Shown: positions 54,078 to 63,526 of the stretch, in pieces
How the letters are laid out: each line of letters starts with the position of its first letter
Numbering within the stretch: the first letter of the stretch is position 1
NCBI GenBank assembly: GCA_963804245.1
Contig: CAWDPQ010000019.1
Location: 70,949 to 134,948, forward strand
Direction: 5' to 3'
From: an uncultured Acidobacteriota bacterium
GTDB lineage: Bacteria; Acidobacteriota; Vicinamibacteria; Vicinamibacterales; 2-12-FULL-66-21
Length of the DNA stretch: 64,000 bases
Position numbers and translations under genes: made by a program
Notes under the pieces: model-generated
The model's database searches: none
The model's input: only the letters and a program-made list of their open reading frames with translations
Told to the model about the DNA's origin: nothing

Positions 54078-54308
54078 TCAGAACGGGCTTGAACGAGAGG
54101 ATTCCAAAGTAATCAAGGGCCGATCCTCCAGCAGAACCACTCCGAGTAGCACTTCCAGAGCTCCTTGCATGACGGCGCCGCCGCCTTGAACTTCAAACTC
54201 TGGGCTTCCCCAATCGCCAAACCAGCGTGCCGATTTCGTTGCAATGTGTAAAACACCGAACACTAGAGCCAACATTCCCGTTACGGCGACCCAGAAATGT
54301 AGAGTCAT
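54078..54308 (-). CDS. Small two-TM membrane protein, unknown function (low-GC region)
   Basis: ORF 54078-54308: MTLHFWVAVTGMLALVFGVLHIA...ALEVLLGVVLL. Local GC is about 45-50%. Confidence 0.4.
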   Translation of the reverse strand: MTLHFWVAVTGMLALVFGVLHIATKSARWFGDWGSPEFEVQGGGAVMQGALEVLLGVVLLEDRPLITLESSRSSPF

Positions 54309-54398
54309 ATGGTCTCCGTTATCTCGTTATCTTCTCCGCGGCTTTTAACGGAGGTGTAACCAGAGTGCGCGAGCTCGAACCGCCCGCGCCGCCGCTGC

Positions 54399-54429
<31 letters not shown>

Positions 54430-54506
54430 TGGCGGATCTGTCCCAGCGCAAAGAATCTTCCCTGTGCCGTCGTTCTGACACAACAGTGTTCGGTGACCGA
54501 AAGCGG

Positions 54507-55187
54507 TTACGCCGGCTTTCGTGCGGACATGAACAGGCTGCCGACTTCACGGTGTTTCGAGTCGAGTGATGAGTCGTAAGCCCGCTCTCGAACCTCCACG
54601 AATCCGGCGGTCATCAGCACCTTCTCGGCGGTCTCGAAGTCGTATGCAAACCGATGTTCCGTTCCCTGGCGGAAGTGGTAGTTGATGTGTTCCAAGCGAG
54701 TCGTGCACGTCTTTGGATGCCACTCGTGTAAATCGCAAGCTTTGAAGTACGGAGCGTCGGCCCCATCCCGGTAGTCCGTCAGGGGCCATTCCGTGCCTGG
54801 CACGCTGAAGGAGAGTGTGCCCCCTGACCTGAGCACCCGGAGGCACTCGCGGAATAGAAACGTTATTGGCTCGGGGTAATCAACGTGCTCGAAGAAGTGC
54901 TCCGAAAAAATCAGCTCCGCACAGTCGGACTCAAACGGTAGGCCCAGCCTGAGGTCGAGGGTGACATCGCCGCCAGGCATCAAATCGACGTTGAGGAATC
55001 CCTGTTTGCGATCCGGTCCGGACCCCAGGTTGAGCCGTCCGGGTCGCAGTAGGGGCTGGCTGCGGATCTGTCGCAGGCCGGATCGATGATGTGCCGCGAT
55101 GGTCCGTTCCTCACGAAACGTGCGCAGCGCGGCGATTTCTCCGTGAGACAGCAGCGACCGGAGGGCCGACTGTATCAGGTGGTTCAT
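54507..55187 (-). CDS. Class I SAM-dependent methyltransferase
   Basis: ORF 54507-55307; ATG 55187 is preferred. LNLGSGPDRKQGFLNVD (motif I) and ELIFSEHFFEHV...LRVLRSGGTLSFSVP. Confidence 0.75.
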   Translation of the reverse strand: MNHLIQSALRSLLSHGEIAALRTFREERTIAAHHRSGLRQIRSQPLLRPGRLNLGSGPDRKQGFLNVDLMPGGDVTLDLRLGLPFESDCAELIFSEHFFEHVDYPEPITFLFRECLRVLRSGGTLSFSVPGTEWPLTDYRDGADAPYFKACDLHEWHPKTCTTRLEHINYHFRQGTEHRFAYDFETAEKVLMTAGFVEVRERAYDSSLDSKHREVGSLFMSARKPA

Positions 55188-55420
55188 GGACGCTTCCCGG
55201 GCGGAGAGTATAAGCCGGTCCAGCTGCCTTGGGTATATGTCAGGCGCACCGCCACAGCTCGACGGCCTCGTTTCGTTTTCCGGATGTCTGTCTACGACAC
55301 GGGCCACAACATCCCGCGTCCGGACCTGGTCAGGGAGTCGCTGGGCTGGTTGGACACATACTTGGGCAAAGTGCGCGAGTAGTTACGCGGCACGGAGTAC
55401 CGAGGTTGTTGTTTCAGGCC

Positions 55421-56597
55421 CTACGAATCTTTTTTCAGCTCGCGGATTTTCTTCTCCGCGCTCTCCTTGATCGCGGCGCGGAATTCGTCTGGGGCCGACG
55501 TATCCCTACCCAGAACCTCGAGCGCTTTTTCCGCGTTGTGCAGCGCCTCTTTGCGGTTGCCGGCGGCGAGGAGCGCATCCGACAGGCTGTCGTACGTGTT
55601 TGCGGAGTTGGGATAGGTGTCGACGTTCAGCTGAAACAGCCAGACCGCGTGTTGCGCGGCACCGGCCTGGAGAACCTGGTAGCCGTAGGCGTTCAGCTCA
55701 CCCTCCGGAAAGAGCACGAGCTTCGGATCGCGGCGCTTCGTTTCCTCGAGCAGCTTCAGCGCCCGCTCGCGGCCATCCGGTTTCGCGAGCACGTTCCAGA
55801 ACACCTCGAGCGATGAAGGGCGGCGGCCGATGTCGTGACGGGCCGCAGCGAGGCACTTCGAAGATGTGCGTCGAACCAGTCGAGCATGGCGGGCTCGAGG
55901 CCCTTTTCTGCCGCAAACATCTCGGTGCCATGTCCAGCGGCGTTGTATTCGATGAACTTGTTTGCGGGGTTGCTCGACCAACCGAGAATCCACAGCATCG
56001 TGTTCACGGCGTCGCCATCCCCCTGACTTGCGGAGGCGAGGATCGGCATGCCCGCCGACTTCCTCAGGTGCTCCCGCGCCGGCGGCGTGACACCTCCACT
56101 CAGTAGGACGATGGTTCGTACCTTCCGGATGACGCCGCGAGAGCAGCACGGCCTGGTTCACTCCGCAGCTCGCGCCGGCCGCCCCTATCGCGTTCACGAT
56201 CGACGCCAGGCTGCGCCGTCAGCCACGCAAATGCTGCATCGACGTCACCTGGCCATTTCTGGTCGATGACAGGCTGGCGCTCCTGGAACGTCGTGAATCG
56301 CTCACCATCGCTCTCCCCGAAGCCGCGGTAGTCCATGGCGATCACGTGGTAGCCGCGCTCGGCGGCCCGGCTCGCAAAGGCGGTCCACGACTGCCGATCG
56401 CGATTGCACTGATGCAGCAGGACGATCCCCGGTCCGGGCTTGCCGGCGGCGTAATACGTTGCCTTCAGCTTTGCTCCGTCGGAGGCGGTGAGGGTTACGT
56501 GCGCAGGCGCCGGCGGCTGCGCGGTCGCCTCTCCGCAGGCGATCCAGCTGACGGCGAGTACCAGAACCGCGCGAAGATGACACTGTGACAGGCGCAT
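55421..56597 (-). pseudogene. Secreted alpha/beta hydrolase (dienelactone-hydrolase/prolyl-oligopeptidase-like) fused to C-terminal TPR-like helices; three frame breaks
   Basis: ATG 56597 with signal MRLSQCHLRAVLVLAVSWIACGEATAQ. Segments GIVLLHQCNRDR..YHVIAMDYRGFGES (ORF 56100-56654), IGAAGASCGVNQAVLL (ORF 55421-56197 frame), VRTIVLLSGG..MPILASASQGD..AGHGTEMF (ORF 55756-56049 frame), then the TPR tail (ORF 55421-56197). Breaks are near 56193, 56121 and 55819. Confidence 0.7.
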
Positions 56598-56712
56598 GGG
56601 CCCTCCCTGTCGGGTACTACCTATCACAGGGCGAACCGCCTCGATAGCGCGCATCGATCAACGCGCGCGGGGTAGGGACGAAGATCGTATGGGCAGACGT
56701 GAACGGTCGATC

Positions 56713-57297
56713 CTACGGGACATCCGCGAAGCAGAACGGATGGCCGCAATCATCGCAGACGTACTCGGCGTAGCCCTGCCTGCGCGTCAGGAAGCGAACG
56801 CGGTGGGCGGTGAAGAAGCAGAGGAGCGGGTGGCGAATCCTGCCGGCATGGTCCTGTTGTTTCAGGAAGCTGTGACCGCAGTGGCACGCGTACTCGACGA
56901 ACCCGTCTCGCACGGCCACGGCGTTGACGCGATGACCGAACAACCCACAGGCATATCGGACCTTCTTGGTGAAGCGCTCGCGATGAGCAAACCGGTCCGC
57001 ACCGGCGGGAAAAACCAGCGGGTGACCGCAGCGAACGCACACGTATTCGTGCACCCCGTCGCGGTCGGCCAGACGAACATAGGTATGGTGGCGCAGGAAA
57101 CAGGAGAGCGTGTGCCGAACGTGCGTTCTGGATCCATCCTCGCCCAGATACTCCGCGCCGCAGCGGCACCGCCGGGTTCGGCCGGGCGCCCGCCTGAACA
57201 CCTCGTTGTCGACCACGTGCCCCCACAACGCGCAGCTGAAACGGACCAGCGGAGCAAAGGGCAGCCAGGACTGTCGGGGGATCGCCTGAGTTTCCAT
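56713..57297 (-). CDS. Cys/His-rich protein made of four tandem zinc-ribbon-like repeats (DUF1660-like?)
   Basis: ORF 56713-57297 is intact. Repeats are VRFSCALWGH..(20)..CRCGAEY, SCFLRHH..(16)..YVCVRCGHPLVF, VRYACGLFGH..(14)..YACHCGHSFL and IRHPLLCFFTAH..(14)..YVCDDCGHPFCF. Confidence 0.6.
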   Translation of the reverse strand: METQAIPRQSWLPFAPLVRFSCALWGHVVDNEVFRRAPGRTRRCRCGAEYLGEDGSRTHVRHTLSCFLRHHTYVRLADRDGVHEYVCVRCGHPLVFPAGADRFAHRERFTKKVRYACGLFGHRVNAVAVRDGFVEYACHCGHSFLKQQDHAGRIRHPLLCFFTAHRVRFLTRRQGYAEYVCDDCGHPFCFADVP

Positions 57298-57319
57298 ATG
57301 TTGCTCTACACTTCGTAAG

Positions 57320-58342
57320 GTGCAAACAAGGACTGAACCGGCTCAGGAACTTCGCGTCAGCTACGGCGACCTCTACAACGTCCTTCTACGCGTCCTCGTC
57401 AACGCCGGCTTCGCGCAGGGCCGGGCTGAGCTCTGCGCCCGGCTTTTCGCGGATGCCAGTCGGGATGGCGTCGCGACGCACGGCTTGAACCGTTTTCCCC
57501 GGTTCATGGAAATGGTCAGGCTCGGCGTCGTCGATATCCACGCGAGCCCCGCGCGCATCGCGAGTTCGGGCGCGCTCGAACGCTGGGACGGGAGACGGGG
57601 ACCGGGCAACCTGAACGCGCATGCCTGCATGGACGTCGCGATCGGGCTGTCAAGAGCCCATGGGATCGGGTGTGTCGCGCTCGCCAACACGAACCATTGG
57701 ATGCGCGGCGGAAGCTACGGGTGGCAGGCGGCAGACGCCGGGGTTATCGGCATCTGCTGGACCAACACCCTGGCGAACCTCCCGCCGTGGGGCGCAGCCG
57801 AGCCGAGAGTCGGTAACAACCCGCTCGTGGTTGCCGTGCCGCGCGCTGATGGACCGGTGGTTCTGGATATGGCGATGTCGCAGTTCTCGTTCGGAGCGCT
57901 CGAGTCCTACCGGCGTCGGAGGGAGCCGCTGCCCGTTGTCGGAGGCTTCGACGCAAAGGGAGAGCTGACGCGGGATGCGGGGGCGATTGAAGCGACCAGG
58001 CGGCCGCTCCCGATTGGGTTCTGGAAGGGCTCCGGGCTGGCGGTGATGCTCGACATCCTGGCCGCGGCGCTATCGGGCGGCCGGGCGACTCACGAGATTG
58101 CATCCGATCCGCTGCACGAAACGCTGCTGTCGCAGGTGTTCATCGCCATGAATCCGGCATCGCTCGGCGAAGGCGACGTGGAATCGATTGCCGACCGGGT
58201 CGTCGAAGACCTGCACCGGCCATCAGCCGACGGCAGCCGACCGCGATATCCCGGCGAAAGGGCGCTCGAAACCAGACGCCGGAACCTGCAGCACGGCATT
58301 CCGGTTGATCCCGAAATCTGGAAGAACGTGCAGACGATGTAG
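57320..58342 (+). CDS. dlgD: Ldh_2-family dehydrogenase, closest by eye to 2,3-diketo-L-gulonate reductase (YiaK/DlgD)
   Basis: ORF 57320-58342 (GTG start). HGLNRFPRF, NTNHWMRGGSYGWQAADAGVIGICWTN, PPWGAAEPRVGNNPLVVAVP and FWKGSGLAVMLDILAA match the E. coli YiaK sequence as I recall it. Confidence 0.75.
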   Translation: MQTRTEPAQELRVSYGDLYNVLLRVLVNAGFAQGRAELCARLFADASRDGVATHGLNRFPRFMEMVRLGVVDIHASPARIASSGALERWDGRRGPGNLNAHACMDVAIGLSRAHGIGCVALANTNHWMRGGSYGWQAADAGVIGICWTNTLANLPPWGAAEPRVGNNPLVVAVPRADGPVVLDMAMSQFSFGALESYRRRREPLPVVGGFDAKGELTRDAGAIEATRRPLPIGFWKGSGLAVMLDILAAALSGGRATHEIASDPLHETLLSQVFIAMNPASLGEGDVESIADRVVEDLHRPSADGSRPRYPGERALETRRRNLQHGIPVDPEIWKNVQTM

Positions 58343-58404
58343 GCAGCTCGGCGACCGCGGTGCGCGGGCCTGACACCCGTCACCGCGGCTCGAGCGCGTG
58401 TCGC

Positions 58405-58761
58405 CTACTGTTCGTCGCGAACGTCAATCCGGCTCGCCACCAATACGTTCTTGTCGTTGATCTTACCCAGTACGATGACGCGGCGGCCCTCCTTGACTTC
58501 CTCGACCTTCGCCGGCTTGTTGCGGAACGTGAACGTCGTCTTGTCGTCGTACATCACCTGCCGCTGTTCGGTCTTACCCCTCGTTCGGACGGTGATCATC
58601 TTGGTAGCCGCGTCCATCATGTGGACCGTACCGTCAAGGCGAGCCTCAGCGGCCTTGGCTTTTTCGCCTTCCTTCTGGGCCGCCTGGTTCGCCGCCACCG
58701 GCAGGGTCAGTGCACTCCCGAGCAGCAGTGCCATGACGATAAACAAAGAACGTCGCATCAA
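58405..58761 (-). CDS. Small secreted protein, unknown function (lower-GC patch)
   Basis: ORF 58405-58761. Signal MMRRSLFIVMALLLGSALTLPVAA, then a Lys/Glu-rich beta-type domain. Confidence 0.5.
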   Translation of the reverse strand: MMRRSLFIVMALLLGSALTLPVAANQAAQKEGEKAKAAEARLDGTVHMMDAATKMITVRTRGKTEQRQVMYDDKTTFTFRNKPAKVEEVKEGRRVIVLGKINDKNVLVASRIDVRDEQ

Positions 58762-58819
58762 GCCCTCCTGGAAAGATGGATAGGTACACTACTGGTGATC
58801 GTGGGTCAACTGCTAACTC

Positions 58820-59425
58820 CTAAGATCTTGGGAATTCGATGTATTTCGCTGTTTCGTCAGCCACGGCCCGGCCGCAGATCGACTCCACGACACTCAAGGC
58901 CATGTCGATGCCGGCTGCCACCCCGGCGGATGTCACCACGCCATCGTCGACCACGCGGCAGTCAGACTGAACGCTCACGCTGGGATCGATGCCGCCCAGC
59001 AAATCCAGCGCGCCCCAGTGGGTCGTCGCCCGTCGATTGGCCAGCAGACCGGCACGCGCGAGCAGCAGCGATCCGGTGCAGACGGACGTCGTGCGTCGAG
59101 CTTCCGCCGACGTGTGTGCGATCCAATGGAGCACGCCGACGTTGTCCAGCAGGGCCCGCGTTCCAAACCCGCCGGGAATCACCATCAGATCAATTGGCGG
59201 TGCCGAGCCGAAGTCGTAGTCGGGCAGCACGCGCAGCCCGCCAGTGACTGTGACCGGCGCCGGGCGTTGAGCGACCGTGAACACGTTGAATGGTGCGCTC
59301 GCGTCGCTGCGGCGGGATTCCACTCCGGGCTCCGTCCGCGTGCGGGAGAACACCTCGTACGGCCCCGCGAAATCCAGCACCTCGACGCCGTCGAAGATAA
59401 GGATGCCGACATTCAGTTGATTCAT
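58820..59425 (-). CDS. DJ-1/PfpI-family protein
   Basis: ORF 58820-59425. VGILIFDGVEVLDFAGPYEVF, IPGG, and nucleophile-elbow SVCTGSLLLA. Confidence 0.85.
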   Translation of the reverse strand: MNQLNVGILIFDGVEVLDFAGPYEVFSRTRTEPGVESRRSDASAPFNVFTVAQRPAPVTVTGGLRVLPDYDFGSAPPIDLMVIPGGFGTRALLDNVGVLHWIAHTSAEARRTTSVCTGSLLLARAGLLANRRATTHWGALDLLGGIDPSVSVQSDCRVVDDGVVTSAGVAAGIDMALSVVESICGRAVADETAKYIEFPRS

Positions 59426-59456
59426 GGGTGTCTCCGGAAACGCTCGCTTTTCTTGC

Positions 59457-59511
59457 GCCCGGCCTAAAGGCCGGGCCTACGCGCGGCGCGGCGATTCGCA
59501 CGCCGTAGGCC
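59457..59511 (-). terminator. Pair of GC-rich stem-loops (GCCCGGCC-taaa-GGCCGGGC; GGCCTACG...CGTAGGCC) after the dehydratase stop
   Basis: Inverted repeats read from the sequence, 26 nt downstream of stop 59537 on the minus strand. Confidence 0.5.
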
Positions 59512-59536
59512 CTGGCTTCAGCCCGGGCGTCGTCGT

Positions 59537-61267
59537 CTAATGAATCTCCGGCTCCGCAATAGGTGCCGTGCCTTCGAGGAAATCGAAATCGCACCCGCGA
59601 TTGGCCTGCGTCACGTGCGTGGCATACATGCGGCCAAACCCACGTGGATACTGGACCTCGCGCGGCTTCCAATCGGATCGCCGGCGCGCCAGCTCGTCGT
59701 CGGCAACACGGAGCGTCAGCCGCCGACCGGGCACGTCGAGCTCGATGATGTCGCCATCGCGCACGAAGGCGAGCGGTCCTCCGACGAATGACTCCGGCGC
59801 GACGTGCAGGACGCAGGCGCCGTAGCTCGTGCCGCTCATGCGCGCGTCTGAAATCCGCACCATGTCGCGGACTCCCTGCGCCAGCAGCTTCTTCGGTATC
59901 GGCAACATCCCCCATTCCGGCATGCCCGGCGCGCCGAGCGGCCCGGCGTCCTGCAGCACGAGAACAGAGTCGGCCGTTACGGGAAGCGCCGGATCGTCGA
60001 TGCGTGCCTCGAGGTCGTTGTAGTTTCGAAAGACGACCGCGGGGCCGGAATGCTGCAGCAGCTTGCGATCGGCGGCCGTGTGCTTGATCACGGCGCCGTC
60101 CGGCGCCAGATTTCCGCGCAGGACGGCCACGCCGCCTTCGGCGCCTAAAGGCCGCTCGATCGGTGCAATGACCTCGTCGTTGCACACTTCCGCCGCATGC
60201 AGGTTGTCACCAAGGGTGTGGCCATTCACCGTGGCGCACTGCGTGTGCAGCAGGTGGCGGACACGATCGAGAGCCCCGCGCAGACCACCGGCGTAGTAGA
60301 AGTCTTCCATCAGGAATTTTCCCGACGGGCGGATGTTGCCGATGAACGGCGTCCGCCGCGACAGCGCGTCGAACCGGTCGAGATCCAGCGTTGCTCCGGC
60401 ACGCCCCGCCATCGCAATGAGGTGAATGATCGCGTTCGTCGAACCGCCGAGAGCCATCGTCGCCGTGACGGCATTTTCAAACGCTTCGGTCGTCAGTATG
60501 TCGCGCGGTTTGAGATCCTCCCAGATCATGTCGACGATGCGCCGTCCGGAGGCGACGGCCATGCGCGAATGCGCCGAGTCGGGTGCCGGTATGGACGACG
60601 CCCCGGGCAGCGTCATGCCCATTGCTTCGGCCGCCGCCGCCATCGTCGAGGCCGTGCCCATCGTCATGCACGTGCCGAAAGAGCGGGCGATTCCCTCTTC
60701 CATCTCACGCCACGTGCACTCGTCGAGCGTGCCTGCCCGGCGTTCGGTCCAGTACTTCCACACGTCACTTCCGGATCCCAGAATCTGCCCGCGCCAGTTG
60801 CCGCGCAGCATCGGTCCGGCAGGGACGAAAATGCTTGGCAGGTTCGCGCTCGTTGCACCCATGAGGAGCGCCGGCACCGTCTTGTCGCAGCCGCCGAGCA
60901 GGACGGCTCCGTCAGCCGGGTACGACCGCAGCGCCTCTTCCGCCTCCATCGCCAGCAGGTTGCGATAGAGCATGGTTGTCGGCTTCATGAAGGTTTCGCC
61001 GAGCGTCATGAGCGGGATTTCCATTGGAAACCCACCCGCCTGCCATACCCCGCGCTTGACCTCCTCGGCGCGCAGCCGGAAATGCGCGTGACACGGGTTC
61101 GCATCGCTCCAGGTGTTCAGGATGGCGACGATGGGTTTGCCGACCATGTCGTCGGTGCTGAAGCCCGACTGCCGTGCGCGCGAGCGATGGCCCCACGAGC
61201 GCATGTCGTCGCGCCCGAACCAGCGAAAGCTCCGCAGCTCGCTTGGATCTTTCCGGCGCTCGGTCAT
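59537..61267 (-). CDS. IlvD/Edd-family dehydratase (sugar-acid, e.g. arabonate/xylonate/galactonate-type, or dihydroxy-acid dehydratase)
   Basis: In-frame ATG 61267 inside ORF 59537-61906; it overlaps the upstream stop as ATGA. MTERRKDPSELRSFRWFG..., CDKTVPALLMG, TMGTASTM, GGSTNAIIHL, DARMSGTSYG. Confidence 0.85.
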   Translation of the reverse strand: MTERRKDPSELRSFRWFGRDDMRSWGHRSRARQSGFSTDDMVGKPIVAILNTWSDANPCHAHFRLRAEEVKRGVWQAGGFPMEIPLMTLGETFMKPTTMLYRNLLAMEAEEALRSYPADGAVLLGGCDKTVPALLMGATSANLPSIFVPAGPMLRGNWRGQILGSGSDVWKYWTERRAGTLDECTWREMEEGIARSFGTCMTMGTASTMAAAAEAMGMTLPGASSIPAPDSAHSRMAVASGRRIVDMIWEDLKPRDILTTEAFENAVTATMALGGSTNAIIHLIAMAGRAGATLDLDRFDALSRRTPFIGNIRPSGKFLMEDFYYAGGLRGALDRVRHLLHTQCATVNGHTLGDNLHAAEVCNDEVIAPIERPLGAEGGVAVLRGNLAPDGAVIKHTAADRKLLQHSGPAVVFRNYNDLEARIDDPALPVTADSVLVLQDAGPLGAPGMPEWGMLPIPKKLLAQGVRDMVRISDARMSGTSYGACVLHVAPESFVGGPLAFVRDGDIIELDVPGRRLTLRVADDELARRRSDWKPREVQYPRGFGRMYATHVTQANRGCDFDFLEGTAPIAEPEIH

Positions 61268-62217
61268 CCTTCGAACTCGCGCAGGGCACGCGCGACGGGG
61301 CGCAGCTCGTCGACTTTTTGCGAATCGAGCGCCGAGACGTAGGGCGGGATGGGACCTGTGGGTGCAACGTCGGCCAGCTCGGTGGCGTGGTGCAGCACGC
61401 GTGCCGGTCCCCACGCATCGCGCAGGTCTTCGAGCGGCATGAAGCGGGCTCGAATCGCTTCGGCCTCCTGCCATCGCTTGTCGTCGCAGGCGGCGAGCAG
61501 ATCGTTGCAGCGTCGTGGTGCGATACAGCCCGAGCCGGTCGTCATCCCGTTCAATCCGAAGTCGCGCAGGTGCACGATGGCCGGCCGTTCGCCCATGCCG
61601 GTGATGACGCGGGCGCGGTCCACGCGTTTCAGCAGCCCATCGAGATACGCATCGCGCGACGGATCGTCGCGGACGACCGCGTATTTGACCGCGATACCGA
61701 CGCCGTCGTTCATGAGACGCCCGATGGCATCGAGTCCACGCTCGAGGTGCGTGCCAAATGCATCTTCGGATTTCAAATAGATGATGAGCGGGACGCCAGA
61801 CGCGTCCGCGATCTCGCGAACGCCCTGCTCCATGCCTTCGGCATCGCGCGGGTCGCCGCACGGGAGCAGCATGGCGCAGGGGAAGGCATGGCGGCGAAGC
61901 AGGCATGCCTGATCCAGGGCACGGCCGAACGATGGGCCGACGCTTGGGATCGCCCAGCGATCGCCGGAGAAGTCAGCCAGCCAGTCGAGCAGCGCTTCAT
62001 ATTCGGCCAGCGTGATGTGATACAGGAACGCGTTCCCGCCGTACAGGTAACGCGTGACGCCGCCGGCGGCGATGTGGCTGGCGACTCGCTCGGCGGCATC
62101 GAAATCGATTCCGCGCTTCGATGACGCCGTGCGGGGGAGTGGAGGCACGGAAAAAACGCCGTGCAGGTCTTCCGTCTTGATGCCGTTCGCTCTGTTCATG
62201 GTCATGGCTGTTGTCAA
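61264..62217 (-). CDS. Dihydrodipicolinate-synthase-family (class I aldolase/dehydratase) protein
   Basis: ORF 61264-62217. TIM-barrel pattern with GVFSVPPLP, LYGGNAFLYHITLAEYEALL and IAVKYAV (candidate Schiff-base Lys). Specificity is unknown. Confidence 0.65.
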   Translation of the reverse strand: MTTAMTMNRANGIKTEDLHGVFSVPPLPRTASSKRGIDFDAAERVASHIAAGGVTRYLYGGNAFLYHITLAEYEALLDWLADFSGDRWAIPSVGPSFGRALDQACLLRRHAFPCAMLLPCGDPRDAEGMEQGVREIADASGVPLIIYLKSEDAFGTHLERGLDAIGRLMNDGVGIAVKYAVVRDDPSRDAYLDGLLKRVDRARVITGMGERPAIVHLRDFGLNGMTTGSGCIAPRRCNDLLAACDDKRWQEAEAIRARFMPLEDLRDAWGPARVLHHATELADVAPTGPIPPYVSALDSQKVDELRPVARALREFEG

Positions 62218-63275
62218 CGGGCCGTGCTGATGGCGCTGGCCGCAAACTTCTGGTGCGCGTGGTCGATCGTCTCTTTGGTGACCGGGCCGCCAAGAATCAG
62301 CACCTGATGGCGGAGCGTGACCGACTTCCCGGGTTCGAGCGTCAGCGTGAATTCCGGTTCGGTGTCCTTGAAGACCTTTCGCCCGAACACGTTCGCCGAG
62401 AAGAGACCGTAGCCGCGCGCGTGCCAGTAGGTCGGATAGGTTGGATTCGAGGGATGGTCGAGCATCGCAATCGTGACTGGCTCCGATTCAACCGTACCGC
62501 TCAGCATCGTCCACTTGCCACGCGTGCCCCACACCGCGTCACCCTTGAGGCCTTCGCTGCTGGTGTAGCTGCCCGTGACTCCTTCGTTGTTGAGGGTCGG
62601 CGTTTTCATCGCCTTGCCCGAGGCATCGGTCAGGAGCTCCGGTTTTTCCGCCGGCTGCTCGAGCGCGCGCGTCACCCGCAGACCGAGCGAGCCTTCCTTG
62701 TTGTCCCGGAATACGACTTTCTCAATCGCGGTGAGCGTCGTATTTCTTTCGATGGTCCGCTCGTCGGCGCCGGTGCGGAACACGAAATGGGTCCGTTCCC
62801 GGATCAGCGGCTTTCCATCAGCCTGCACCCATTCACTCTCGACGACCAGCTCGCCACGGTCGACGCCGCTTTTCGCGTCGATCACCTTGCGGTGGAGGAT
62901 CGTCCCCATCTTGGGCGCGCGTTCAGCCGGGATCGCGTCGGAGTTGTTCCAGAAGTCCAGTCCATTGACGTCGCCATGGTTGAACCACAGCCCGACGTGG
63001 TGTGGATGGTCGACGCGTTCACCCGCACGCGGCTCGAGCGGGTAGCCGCGCGTGATGAGGGTTCCCTTCGCCGTGCGAATCGGGAACAGCGTCGGTTTCT
63101 TCAACGACGTCGGGTAGATGTAGGACGTGAATGGCTTCCCGTCCACCGTGATGTCCACGCGTCGCGCGGACTCGTTGGCGGTGACGGCGACGCCCTTCGG
63201 CTGTGCAGTGAGCGTTGCGGCGCTAAGTAACCCGATCCGAGCGAGAAGGGATATCGGATGCCTTATGGGCTGCAT
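62214..63275 (-). CDS. PmoA-like / DUF6807-family secreted protein
   Basis: ORF 62214-63344; ATG 63275 gives signal MQPIRHPISLLARIGLLSAATLTAQ. VDHPHHVGLWFNHGDVNGLDFWN is the family hallmark. Confidence 0.75.
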   Translation of the reverse strand: MQPIRHPISLLARIGLLSAATLTAQPKGVAVTANESARRVDITVDGKPFTSYIYPTSLKKPTLFPIRTAKGTLITRGYPLEPRAGERVDHPHHVGLWFNHGDVNGLDFWNNSDAIPAERAPKMGTILHRKVIDAKSGVDRGELVVESEWVQADGKPLIRERTHFVFRTGADERTIERNTTLTAIEKVVFRDNKEGSLGLRVTRALEQPAEKPELLTDASGKAMKTPTLNNEGVTGSYTSSEGLKGDAVWGTRGKWTMLSGTVESEPVTIAMLDHPSNPTYPTYWHARGYGLFSANVFGRKVFKDTEPEFTLTLEPGKSVTLRHQVLILGGPVTKETIDHAHQKFAASAISTAR

Positions 63276-63487
63276 TGCTTTTTGACCTCTTTTGTCTTCT
63301 TTTTTCAGTGCGCTTGGGGCCCTCCGCCTCCGCGCGTCGATCATCCATCCGCGCTACGGCGAGACCTCGCCGTAGCTGGTCGCCCGCCTGTTCCGCGACC
63401 AGCGGAGGCGGGCACCCCCGCTCGCTCTCGCTCGGCGGCTACGCGCCTCGCTCGGGCCGCAGGCGCTTCTGTCTGCTCGGGCCCCCT

Positions 63488-63525
63488 GAGCCCCGAGCCC
63501 CCGAGCCCCCGAGCCCCCGAGCCCC
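63488..63525. repeat. Tandem octamer array GAGCCCC (GAGCCCCC)x3 GAGCCCC
   Basis: Read directly; it abuts the cupin stop codon (63527). It is preceded at 63447-63467 by CTCGCTCGGGCCGCAGGCGCT, which also occurs at 8091-8111. Confidence 0.9.
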
Positions 63526-63526
63526 G

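Noticed and set aside
59190-63230. Long alternative-frame or antisense ORFs 59190-60185(-), 60197-61342(+), 61174-62124(+), 62211-63230(+), and the 5' extension of 59537-61906
   Set aside because: Each overlaps the DJ-1, IlvD-family, DHDPS-family or PmoA-like genes, which have clear family motifs. The alternatives translate to low-complexity Arg/Pro/Ala strings.
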